Of a DNA stretch of 64,000 nt, positions 31,015 to 39,972 are shown piece by piece; positions within the stretch are counted from its first letter, which is position 1, and every line of letters begins with the position of its first letter. This stretch comes from an uncultured Actinomycetota bacterium (lineage in GTDB: Bacteria > Actinomycetota > Actinomycetes > Frankiales > Frankiaceae): positions 1,853 to 65,852 of the forward strand of contig CAVXLW010000002.1 in the NCBI GenBank assembly GCA_963762695.1, written 5' to 3'. The translations under genes and the position numbers were made by a program. Under the pieces are notes generated by a model. The model saw nothing but the letters and a program-made list of their open reading frames with translations. It made no database searches and had not been told where the DNA came from.

Positions 31015-31312
31015 GCTCTTCAGGCTGCCATGAACAGCCGCGCGCGATGCGGGCCAAGGTCGCGTCCGCGGGGGTGGGGTTGCCGCCGGCCAAAGCACAC
31101 GCAAGGCCGCGTACGGTCTCGTGGCGGCACCTGGCCTGAAGGCATCCATCGCCGAGACGTCATGCGGCAAGGTCGATTCCCGTCGCCGCTACGCGGGCAC
31201 GTATGCGCGTGTGGCCCCGGGGCGACATCGCGTATCCATTCGATAACGGCGCCCCGGTATGGGCGTGCCCGCGCCTACCCTCTGCGTTGTCGGCGGCGAA
31301 CAGGATGGCCTC

Positions 31313-31840
31313 ATGGCGACAGTTTCCAGGTGCCCGAGACGGTTCCGTGCTGTTGGCGTGATGGGCGTCGCGGCTACCGTCACCATGTTCGCGACCGGGT
31401 GCGACAAGGCTGGTCAACGATTCATGGAAGGGCCGGCGCTCGCCGACTGCGGGCAGCAGATCGGCAACTCTTCGATCGACAGCACCGTGAACTTCACTCC
31501 TGGTGGCGTAGTCGAACCGAACTCCGTCATCGAGCTCGTCGGTAACTGCGACGTCGGCGCCCAAGTAGCCGTCAGTGGCACTGACTTCGTGGTAGGAGCT
31601 GCCATTCACACTAAGGACGGCGCGTACCAAGCAGTGCTAATCAGCCTCTTTCAAGGCACGCCGGGCGCGAACGGGATCCTGACCGTCAGCCAGCATGGGC
31701 GCCGGCTCGGGCAGATGACGGTGCTCGGTCGATGGGTCCCGCCAAGCAGCGGGCCGCCCAACTTCTGCGACCCGTTGGATCCGCATAACTATGGGTCATT
31801 ACCCAAGGGCTTTTGCCCGCCCGGGTGGCGGATGGGTTAG
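31313..31840 (+). CDS. Putative lipoprotein, atypical composition
   Basis: Within ORF 31259..31840, ATG 31313. Signal peptide and lipobox MATVSRCPRRFRAVGVMGVAATVTMFATGC. The mature part is Cys-containing. Third-position G/C usage is visibly lower than in neighbouring genes. Confidence 0.55.
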   Translation: MATVSRCPRRFRAVGVMGVAATVTMFATGCDKAGQRFMEGPALADCGQQIGNSSIDSTVNFTPGGVVEPNSVIELVGNCDVGAQVAVSGTDFVVGAAIHTKDGAYQAVLISLFQGTPGANGILTVSQHGRRLGQMTVLGRWVPPSSGPPNFCDPLDPHNYGSLPKGFCPPGWRMG

Positions 31841-31939
31841 ACCAAGCTTCGAAGCGTCCGCTATTGCCCGATACATCGCGCGGCCGAAGCGCGCGCCTCG
31901 CGTGCAGTGGCCGCCGACTGTGCTGCCAGGGTCGGCCCC

Positions 31940-32077
31940 ACACGCAATCCGCTGTCCCCGGGGAGGTGGGGATTGTTTGGGGGATACACGCAATCCGTTG
32001 TAGCGGCAGGGTTCTTACATCGGATCGCATGTACGCCCGAAAAACGGTCGACGGCCTGAGTACATCGGATTGCGTGT
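31940..32077. repeat. Four copies of a 16-bp motif, two direct plus two inverted
   Basis: ACACGCAATCCGCTGT (31940-31955) and ACACGCAATCCGTTGT (31986-32001) on the top strand. ACATCGGATCGCATGT (32017-32032; reverse complement matches 13/16) and ACATCGGATTGCGTGT (32062-32077; reverse complement matches 15/16) in inverted orientation. Spacings are 46, 31 and 45 nt. Confidence 0.8.
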
Positions 32078-32199
32078 ACGGACAGAGCGCACCCGCGGGC
32101 GGTTCCCCGCATCACCGATGCGCGGCGTGGGGCGCGGAGTGCCGGCTATGGAGCACCAGTCGCACTCGCATCTTCCGATCCAAGTCGCTCGCTGATTTC

Positions 32200-33513
32200 T
32201 CATGTTCTGCTGGGTGTTTCGATGTGAACGGCGGGTTCGGGGTGCAGGCGTCTGTCGAGGTCTCGGGCGAGGAAGGGTCGGCGTTTGCTGGTGAGTGGGG
32301 GTCCGCCGTCGGGTGGGAAGAATTTCAGGGTGTTGGTGTCGATGATCGTGTAGGTCCAGCCGCCTTCGTGGACGAGGTGGTGGTGGAAAAGGCAGTAGGA
32401 GTCGAGGTTTTGTTCGGTGGTGGGGCCGCCGTCGATCCAGTGCAGCCGGTGGTGTGCTTCGGTGCAGGCGGGGGGTCGGTCGCAGCCGGGGAACAGGCAT
32501 CCGCCGTCGCGCAGGGCGAGGTGGCGGCGCATGAGGGGGGTCGCGAGCCGGTTAGGGGTGGCGAGGTCGAGGATTTCGGACTCGCCGCCGAGCACGGCGG
32601 GGATGATGCCGCTGTCGCAGGCGAGGCGGCGGGCCGCACCGGCGGTCAGGGTGCCGTGGCCTTGGATGTCGGCGGCGCCGATCCCGGACTGCAACGCTTG
32701 CAGGGTGGTGGCGACGATGAGACTGCGCCGGCCGCTGCTGCTGCCGGTGCCGGTGCCTTGCTGTTGCAGTGGTCGGCATGGTTGGTCGCGTGACGGGCCA
32801 TCTGCAGCAGGGCTTCGGCGCGGCGTTTACCGATCGGGTCCTCGAACGGGGAAAGGTTGGGATCGCGTTTGCGCAGTAGCGCTTCGATGGTGGCGGCGAT
32901 CTCGGCGCCGGCTTCGGTGTCGAGCCAGCCGTCGACGCGGTACATGCCGTCAAACGTCCTGGAGATGCTCAGACTCTGGTTGGCATGGTTTTTCTTCGCC
33001 GCCGCCTCAGCATCTTCCGGGGCGGCCGCAGCCTTGACTACCTGCGCCAGATCGGCGAGCTGGGCCTGGGTGATGTGCGGCGCCGCTTCGGCCAGGGCCT
33101 GTTCGATGTCGGCGGCGAGATCGTCCTCCAGCGTGGCCACCGCTTTGCGAATCACCGAAGCTGCCCGAGGCCAATGTCGCCGGCTTCCCAGGCAGCGGCG
33201 GTGGCGGGCATCCGATCGGCAAGGGCCCGGCCGAGCAGCACGCGTTCGGACGCCCACCCGTTCGCCTCGCCCGACACGTTGCGCAGATACGCCACCGACG
33301 AGCGCGGAGCCGTCGACACCGAACTCGCCGCTGCGGTCGACCCGCTGCACGAGCCGGCACGTCGCGAGCTCCCCGGCCCGTACCGCGGCGAGCACTTCGG
33401 CCAGCGCATCGGCGGCCAACGGCCCCGCCGGTCTCGGCGGTGACGGCGGCGGCGATCCGCTGCCCGAGCACGGCGTACTGCGCCGCGTCAGCCAGCAGAT
33501 CACCCTCGAACAT
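32200..33513 (-). pseudogene. DUF222 + HNH endonuclease (REP13E12-like), multiple frameshifts
   Basis: Pieces in three frames: MFEGDLLADAAQYAVLGQRIAAAVTAE; LAEVLAAVRAGELATCRLVQRVDRSGEFGVDGS; SSVAYLRNVSGEANGWASERVLLGRALADRMPATAAAWEAGDIGLGQ; VIRKAVATLEDDL..RVDGWLDTEAGAEIAATIEAL; and the HNH region DGGCLFPGCDRPPACTEAHHRLHWIDGGPTTEQNLDSYCLFHHHLVHEGGW. At least 4 frame changes. Confidence 0.8.
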
Positions 33514-33611
33514 GTGTGCGAGTCTAGCCGAGACCTGCCAGCTCAGCCACCCATTTAAGAGCCGCCTGGAACCGTTTGTGAGTTGCCCGCAACCCTCTTG
33601 CGAGAGGACCC

Positions 33612-34454
33612 TCAGGTGGCGTTGAAGTGATCCGGGTCAGGCCCGATGCGGCCCGCGTGCTCCCCGCCGGAAAGGCTCGACAGGACCGCCATCTCACCGT
33701 CGTCGAGCTCGAAGTCGAACACCTCGAGGTTCTCCCGAATGCGCTGCGGCGTCACGGATTTCGGGATCACGACGTTCCCGAGCTGCAGGTGCCAGCGCAG
33801 CACCACCTGGGCCGGCGACTTGCCGTGCGCGTGCGCGACGGTCTTGACCGTCGGATCATCAAGCAGGCCCTGGCCCTGCCCGATGGGGCTCCAGGCCTCG
33901 GTCGCGATCTGGTGCTCCCGGTGGTAGGCCCGCAGCTCGTCCTGAGGAAATCGCGGGTGGAGCTCGATCTGGTTGACGGCCGGGACCACGGTCGCTTCCG
34001 ACCGCAGCCGGTTCAGGTGATGGACCGTGAAGTTCGACACGCCGATGGAGCGGGCGCGGCCCTCGGCGTAGATCTTCTCCAGCGCCTTCCAGGTCTCGAC
34101 GAAGTCGCCGCGCCCCGGGGTCGGCCAATGGATGAGATACAGATCGACGACGTCGAGCCCGAGCTTGCTCAAGCTGGTGTCGAACGCGCGAAGGGCGTTG
34201 TCGTAGCCGTGATCGGCGTTCCACAGCTTGGTGGTGACGAAGAGCTCGTCCCGGTCGATGCCGGAGTTGGCCAGGGCCTTCCCGACGCCGTCTTCGTTGC
34301 CGTACGCCGCCGCGGTGTCGATCAGCCGGTAGCCCGCCTCGAGGGCGGTCTCGACGGGCTCGATGACCTGGTCAGGGGGCACCTGGAAGACGCCGAAGCC
34401 GAGCTGGGGAATCGTGTGGCCGTTATTGAGCGTGAGTGTGGGGATGGGGGGCAT
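33612..34454 (-). CDS. Aldo/keto reductase
   Basis: Within ORF 33612..34550. ATG 34454 has GAGGAA upstream. Sequence LNNGHTIPQLGFGVFQVP, IDTAAAYGNE, LFVTTKLW, DLYLIHWP, IGVSNF, NQIELHP, VIPKSVTPQRIRENL. Confidence 0.9.
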   Translation of the reverse strand: MPPIPTLTLNNGHTIPQLGFGVFQVPPDQVIEPVETALEAGYRLIDTAAAYGNEDGVGKALANSGIDRDELFVTTKLWNADHGYDNALRAFDTSLSKLGLDVVDLYLIHWPTPGRGDFVETWKALEKIYAEGRARSIGVSNFTVHHLNRLRSEATVVPAVNQIELHPRFPQDELRAYHREHQIATEAWSPIGQGQGLLDDPTVKTVAHAHGKSPAQVVLRWHLQLGNVVIPKSVTPQRIRENLEVFDFELDDGEMAVLSSLSGGEHAGRIGPDPDHFNAT

Positions 34455-34655
34455 ATGAGGATTCCTCACTGTTTGCACATATTCGCTAGCTACGTCTAGG
34501 TTCGTGGTTTGCCACGCATCTAGAACCCTTTCCGATTTGCGGGCAGCCAATCGCGTTCACCCGATCGGGTGTGACCTCGCGTCGGTGCGTGCTATCCGCC
34601 GATAAATGCGGGATCCTGAGAACTGCATCACCGTCAGATGCAAGAAGGAGAGTCG

Positions 34656-35498
34656 GTGTCTCCCGGCCGTTTCGCCAAGCTCGCGCCCCGACCCGCGCGA
34701 CGCGGTGTTGCGTTACTCGCAGCACTCGTGGTGGGGGCCTTCACGATGCTGACGAGTTGCGCGCCCGTCCAGGTGATGTCGCTCGCCTCCACCGGCGATT
34801 CGATCGCGCGCGGTTTTGACGCCTGCGGCTTCTTCAGCGACTGCCCGGCGGTCTCGTACTCCACCGGAAGCGATCCCGTTTCGCAAAGCCTGTATCAGCG
34901 GCTGTTGCCGACGAACCGCGGCCTCGCGGGCCACGAGTACAACGACGCCGAGGTCGGCGCCCAGGCTGTCGATCTCTACGGGCAGATGGGCATCGCGATC
35001 TGGCAGAAGGCCGATGTGGTCACGGTGCTGATCGGCGCCAACGACGCGTGCACCGCGACGGTCGGTGCCATGACGCCGGTGCCCGCCTTCACCAATTCGA
35101 TCGAGTCGGCGCTGGCGTATTTCTTCAGCAGCCGGCCGGGCGCGCGGGTCGTGCTGTCCTCGATCCCGAACCTCTACCGGGTCTGGCAGGTCGCTCATAC
35201 CAACGCGAGGGCGCGGCAGATCTGGCGCATCAGTCAGCTCTGCCCGTCGATGCTGCAGAGTCCGACCTCGACGACTGCCGCCGACAACCTGCGTCGCGAT
35301 TTCGTGAACATGCAGGTCATCAAGTACAACGCAGCGCTCGCGTCGGTCTGCGCGCAGTTCAGGGGTTGCCGCTGGGACGGCGGCGCGCTCTACCGGTATC
35401 CCTTCCAGCTCTCGCAGCTGAGCGCCTATGACTACTTCCACCCGAACGCGCTCGGCCAGCGCGTGATGTCGGAGTTGCTCTGGAAGACCTACAGCTGA
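34656..35498 (+). CDS. SGNH/GDSL-family hydrolase, probable lipoprotein
   Basis: Within ORF 34638..35498. GTG 34656 is preceded by GAAGGAGAG. Signal peptide and lipobox ALLAALVVGAFTMLTSC. Block I STGDSIARG, block III IGANDA, block V DYFHPN. Confidence 0.8.
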   Translation: MSPGRFAKLAPRPARRGVALLAALVVGAFTMLTSCAPVQVMSLASTGDSIARGFDACGFFSDCPAVSYSTGSDPVSQSLYQRLLPTNRGLAGHEYNDAEVGAQAVDLYGQMGIAIWQKADVVTVLIGANDACTATVGAMTPVPAFTNSIESALAYFFSSRPGARVVLSSIPNLYRVWQVAHTNARARQIWRISQLCPSMLQSPTSTTAADNLRRDFVNMQVIKYNAALASVCAQFRGCRWDGGALYRYPFQLSQLSAYDYFHPNALGQRVMSELLWKTYS

Positions 35499-35686
35499 CG
35501 CGTCAGCCGATCGTGCCCAGCAGCGTGCCGCTGAGGTAGCGGTCGGCGACCTCGATGGTTGCCGCTCCGCCTTCCCATCGCTACCGATTGGCCGACGACA
35601 GCTGCTACCCGTTCGGCGCAACGCCGCGCCGATGACCTCGCCGATGACGTAGATGACCTGAAATGTCGTCTGGCCGGGGGTGGTGC

Positions 35687-36868
35687 ATGGGCTCCAGGCG
35701 TACCGCCCTGCGCCGAACCGCGACCGTCGCGGCGATCGTCGCCCTGTGTTCGGGCGGCGGGATCGCGTCAGCGCAGCCAGGCCGGTCCATCGCAGCGGCG
35801 ACACCGGCACCTCACGGCATGGGAGCCGTGCGTTCCCCGGGGGCGACGTCGGCTCCCGTCCTGGGTACGCGTGCGCTGTCGGTCGTCGCGACCACCACCA
35901 AGGCGGTGCCGGCGTCGGTCGACCTCTCGCGTTACGACCCGAAGGTGGGCGACCAGGGGGCGGTCAACTCGTGCGCGGCCTGGGCCATCGGCTACGGCAT
36001 GCTGGGGTGGTTCGCCAACCGGCAGGGTCATGCGGGCGCCCCGTTCGCGCCGATGTACCCCTACTCGCAGGTGACCGGCCGCGCAGACACCGGCAGCTCA
36101 CCGATGGCGGTGCTGGAGATCCTTCGCACGCAGGGCATCGCCACGTCGGCGAAGTACGCGACCGACCACGGCGGGACAGCCCGCGCACCGTACGACTGGA
36201 ACCACCGGCCGAGCGCGAGGGACAAGGCGGCGGCAGCGGCCAACAAGATCACCGGGTGGGTGACGCTCTACAACACCTTCGGCTCGCCAGGAGCCATGGC
36301 CGTCGCCAAGCTGAAGCAGACCCTCGCCTCCGGGCGTCCGGTGGCGATCACGATCGGCGTGTTCAGCCGATTCGAGCTGGCGCAAGGTCCTGGCGTGATC
36401 TCCTCCGCCGGCAGCCTCGGCCGGATGCTCGGCCTGCACGAGGTGCTGGCCGTCGGCTACGACAGCCGCGGGCTGCGCATCGAGAACTCGTGGGGGACCG
36501 GCTGGGGCAACGCCGGCTACGGGATCCTCGACTGGAACTACATCGCCAGGTACAGCTACGAGGCCGAGACCGCGGCAGGCTTCGCGACGACGACCGGCCG
36601 GCAGCATCCAACCGTCAACGCAGTGGGCCCTGCGGCAGGGTCCGTGCGCGGTGGTCAGACGGTCACCATCACCGGCACCAACCTGACCGCCGGTTCCATC
36701 GTGAGCGTCGGCTCGCAGAGCGTCGTCGCCTCGACGATCACCACCGACCACAAGAGGCTCACGTTCAAAGCTCCCCGGGCTGCGCCCGGCCTCGATGTGG
36801 TACGCGTCAGCACGCCTGACGGGGTGAGCCCGCAGACCTGGCTGACCGGCTACCGCTACGCGAACTGA
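35687..36868 (+). CDS. Secreted papain-like cysteine peptidase (C1 family) with C-terminal IPT/TIG-like domain
   Basis: Within ORF 35663..36868, ATG 35687. Signal peptide RRTATVAAIVALCSGGGIASAQ. Catalytic motifs DQGAVNSCAAWAIGY and HEVLAVGYD..ENSWGTGWGNAGYG. C-terminal beta-sandwich-like PTVNAVGPAAGSVRGGQTVTITGTNL..VVRVSTPDGVS. Confidence 0.75.
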   Translation: MGSRRTALRRTATVAAIVALCSGGGIASAQPGRSIAAATPAPHGMGAVRSPGATSAPVLGTRALSVVATTTKAVPASVDLSRYDPKVGDQGAVNSCAAWAIGYGMLGWFANRQGHAGAPFAPMYPYSQVTGRADTGSSPMAVLEILRTQGIATSAKYATDHGGTARAPYDWNHRPSARDKAAAAANKITGWVTLYNTFGSPGAMAVAKLKQTLASGRPVAITIGVFSRFELAQGPGVISSAGSLGRMLGLHEVLAVGYDSRGLRIENSWGTGWGNAGYGILDWNYIARYSYEAETAAGFATTTGRQHPTVNAVGPAAGSVRGGQTVTITGTNLTAGSIVSVGSQSVVASTITTDHKRLTFKAPRAAPGLDVVRVSTPDGVSPQTWLTGYRYAN

Positions 36869-36871
36869 GCG

Positions 36872-38296
36872 TCAGCTGACGTTGCCTGGCTCGCCGGGCA
36901 CGTGCCAGCCCCGCGGGTCCAGGCCACCCGGGACGTCGGCCCGCGGATCGTAGGGCGTCCGGGCGAAGACGAAGGACGCGAGGTCCAGCGCGACGGGCTC
37001 GCGCGAGCCACCGCTGCCGCTCCAGCGGATACGCAGCGTCTCACCGCTGAAGTAGCCGTCCTGACCGATCCAGTTGCCGTTGCCGTCGCGGTGGAAGCGG
37101 GCGGACCGGCCGCCCGCGGGCTCGGGTTCGAGCGACAGTTCCGCCGATCCCTTGGCGCGCAGCGTGAACGCGGAGGTGCCCCAGAACCAGCGGCCCAGCG
37201 CGGCCAACGTGCCTTCCGGAGCACCGGCGGGAACCCAAGCGGCGACGGGCAGCGGTTCGCGCTCGGCGAGGATGCGGGAGAGCTCCTCGGCGATGGCAGG
37301 CCGCAGGCCAGAGGTCGCGTTCGCCATCACGACGCCACCCTCACCCGAGTCCGGTGCCATCCTCATGATCGCGAGGAACCCCGGCATCGAGCCGCCGTGA
37401 CCGAAGCTGCGCACGCCGCCGGCGTTCCAGACCTGCAGGCCCAATCCGTGGGCGCCGGTCCACGGCTCACCGCGCCGGTCGTCGAGCGCCAGCGGCTCGC
37501 GCATCTCGGCGAGCGTCGAGGCGGCCAGCACGTCATCGCCACCGCTGGGACCACTGCCGTCGCACAGGAAAGCCGTCCAGGACGCCAGATCGGCGACCGT
37601 GGTCCACAACTGGCCGGCCGGGGCCATCGCCCCGGCGTCGTGCTCGGGCTCGAGCAGCAGCATGTCGGCGTACGGATGGACGGCGTAGCCGATGGCACTC
37701 GGCGCCTGCGGCCGAAGCGTCGTGCGGGTCAGGCCCAGCGGGTCGAGCACGTCCTGCTGGAGCGCCTGCGCCCACGGCATCCCGCGCAGCCGCGCGACGA
37801 GCTCGCCAAGGATCGCGAAACCGACGTTGGAGTAGTGAAAACGCCGTCCTGGCCGGGTGATCCGCGCGGGGCTCGGCGCCGGCCGAGCAGGTCGGTGCGG
37901 ATGCAGCGACTGCGTCGCGAGATCCTCGAAGCCGCCGCCGGCAGTGCGCTCCCACCACGGGCCGGCGGTCTCGGCGCGCAGTCCCGACGAGTGGGAGAGC
38001 AGCTGGGCGATGGTGACGCCGTCGAAGGCGCCGGGAAGGTGACGCTCCAGCGGGTCGGTGAGCGCGAGCCGGCCCTCGTCGCGAAGGCGCATCACCTGGA
38101 CGGCGACGAACGTCTTGGTGATCGAACCGCAGCGGTACTGCACGTCATCGCGGCGTCGGCCGGCGAGGCTTCCCGCGCCGCCCGACCAGACCAGCTCGCC
38201 GCCGCGGATCAGTCCCGCGACGACGGATGGCAGCCGCTGCTCGGACTGCTCACGGGCCAGCCGCGCCTGCAGCGCGTCGGCGGTCTCCGGCTTCAC
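36872..38296 (-). CDS. Serine hydrolase, beta-lactamase/PBP-like family
   Basis: C-terminal 474 codons of ORF 36872..39259, GTG 38296. SxxK CGSITK, YxN HYSNVG, HGG (FGHGGSMPGF). Carries an extra C-terminal domain of about 120 aa. Confidence 0.75.
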   Translation of the reverse strand: MKPETADALQARLAREQSEQRLPSVVAGLIRGGELVWSGGAGSLAGRRRDDVQYRCGSITKTFVAVQVMRLRDEGRLALTDPLERHLPGAFDGVTIAQLLSHSSGLRAETAGPWWERTAGGGFEDLATQSLHPHRPARPAPSPARITRPGRRFHYSNVGFAILGELVARLRGMPWAQALQQDVLDPLGLTRTTLRPQAPSAIGYAVHPYADMLLLEPEHDAGAMAPAGQLWTTVADLASWTAFLCDGSGPSGGDDVLAASTLAEMREPLALDDRRGEPWTGAHGLGLQVWNAGGVRSFGHGGSMPGFLAIMRMAPDSGEGGVVMANATSGLRPAIAEELSRILAEREPLPVAAWVPAGAPEGTLAALGRWFWGTSAFTLRAKGSAELSLEPEPAGGRSARFHRDGNGNWIGQDGYFSGETLRIRWSGSGGSREPVALDLASFVFARTPYDPRADVPGGLDPRGWHVPGEPGNVS

Positions 38297-38346
38297 GTCA
38301 ACAGAGGGTAACCGGGTGGTGGCAGAGTCGATGGCAGCGCCCAGCC

Positions 38347-39060
38347 TCAGTGGAGCGCTGAGCCGATGAGGTGACCGAGCGCGTACGTCGCTGCCGGTCG
38401 CCGCCGTGACCATCAGCAGCTGGGTGAGAGCACCGCGCACCGGGCGCTCGTTGGTCAGGCGCGAGACCAGGGCCCCGCCGACCACCGCCGCGACTCCTGC
38501 GCACACCAGCGCGAGCCACAGCGCCGCGGAGCCGAACAGGATCGGCAGCAGCGGGATGCAGGCGCCGAAGGCGAACGCCAGGAAGCTCGAGCCGGCGGCG
38601 ACCCGGGCCGACGGCAGCTCGTCGGGATCGATCCCGAGCTCCTCGCGGGCGTGGAAGCGCAGCGCGAGGTCGGTGTCGGCGGCGATCTCGTGCCGCGGCC
38701 GCCCGGGCGGTCTCCAGGTCAGCCCGTGGCGCATGAGCATCTCGGCCAGCTCGGCCTTCTCGGCGTCAGGACGGCGCAGCAGCTCGCGGCGCTCGGAGGC
38801 GAGCTCGCGGGCCACCATCCCGTTCTGGGCGTGCACGCTCGTCCACTCTCCGGCTGCCATGCTGAGGGCGCCCGCGACGAGGCCGGCCAGCCCGCCGACG
38901 AGAGGAAATGGTGCGACGCGCCGCCGCCGCCGACACCGGCGATCAGGCTGGTGTTCGTGACCAGGCCATCCATGGCCCCGAACACCGCTGCCCGTAGCCA
39001 GCCGCCGCTGACCTTGCGGTGGATGTGATGGCGGTCGCTCGGCGAGCTGCGCGGCGTCAC
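38347..39060 (-). pseudogene. VIT1/CCC1-family iron/manganese transporter, frameshifted
   Basis: GTG 39060. WLRAAVFGAMDGLVTNTSLIAGVGGGG lies in ORF 38719..39162. GGLAGLVAGALSMAAGEWTSVHAQ..HAREELGIDPDELPS..SFLAFAFGACIPLLP lies in ORF 36872..39259. The tail AATYALGHLIGSALH-stop (38347-38349) is in the third frame. At least 2 frame changes. Confidence 0.7.
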
Positions 39061-39192
39061 CGCTTCGCCGAGACGTCTCGGCGGCAGCGGCGGCCATGGG
39101 TCTATTGCACCCAAACAATTCAAGATCGTCCAGGAAGGGAAACATGCCCTTCCTCGCCGCACCGCGAGGTATGGCCCTCGTCTGTGGGGAGA

Positions 39193-39962
39193 TCAGACCG
39201 CCCTTCGGTAGGCGCGGGCGGCGAGCGGCACGAAGACGATCGAGATCCCGGCGATCCATGCGACCGATTGCAGGAAGTGAACGGTGGTGGGGCCGCCGAG
39301 CGTGAGGTCGCGCAGCACGTTGCAGATCACCGTGACCGGATTGACCTTCGCGAACGCCTGCAACCAGCCCGGCATCGACGCAACCGGGTACGAACGCCGC
39401 GCTCGCGAACGTCAGCGGGAACAGCCAGATCGAGTCCGGCCGACTGCACCGTCTCAGGATCGCGAATCGTCAGGCCGATGAACGCGGCGACGGTGCAGAT
39501 CGCGACGCCGAACGCGGTCGCGACGCCGACCAGCAGGACCGCGGCGAAGAAGTTGGTGTGGATCCGGAAGCCCACCGCGTAGCCGACCGCGATCATCAGC
39601 AAGACGCTGAACAAGCTGTGGACCGTGTCGGCCCCGAGCCGGCCGAGCAGCACCGCCGAGCGGCTCATCGGCAGCGAGCGGAAGCGCTCGACGAGACCGT
39701 TCTTCAGGTCGTCGGCCAGGCCGATGGCGGTGCCGAAGCAGGTGAAGCTCGCGGTCTGCACGATGATGCCCGGGCAGCAGGAAGTCGACGTAGCTGCCGT
39801 TCGGGACCTTGATCGCGCCGCCGAAGACGTAGCGGAACAGCAGGACGAACATGACGGGCTGGATCGCCGAGAAGACGATGAAGGCCGGGACGCGGACGTA
39901 GCGCAGCAGGTAGCGCTTGGCGAGGACGGTCGAGTCTGCACTGACCCAGGGCAGCTGCTCAT
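39193..39962 (-). pseudogene. ABC-2 type transporter permease (DrrB-like), frameshifted
   Basis: ATG 39962 has GAAGGAGA upstream, but the frame is lost within codons 2-3. Fragments: QLPWVSADSTVLAKRYLLRYVRVPAFIVFSAIQPVMFVLLFRYVFGGAIKVPNGSYVDFLLPG; IIVQTASFTCFGTAIGLADDLKNGLVERFRSLPMSRSAVLLGR..; LIWLFPLTFASAAFVP; MPGWLQAFAKVNPVTVICNVLRDL..AARAYRRAV-stop. At least 4 frame changes. Confidence 0.75.
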
Positions 39963-39972
39963 ACCGTCTCCT

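Noticed and set aside
35502-35660. Minus-strand fragments (..FQVIYVIGEVIGAALR.. and ..IEVADRYLSGTLLGTIG-stop) suggesting a gene relic between the SGNH and C1 peptidase genes.
   Set aside because: Only about 25-40 codons per frame, with no start and no recognisable family. It cannot be distinguished from chance in GC-rich DNA.
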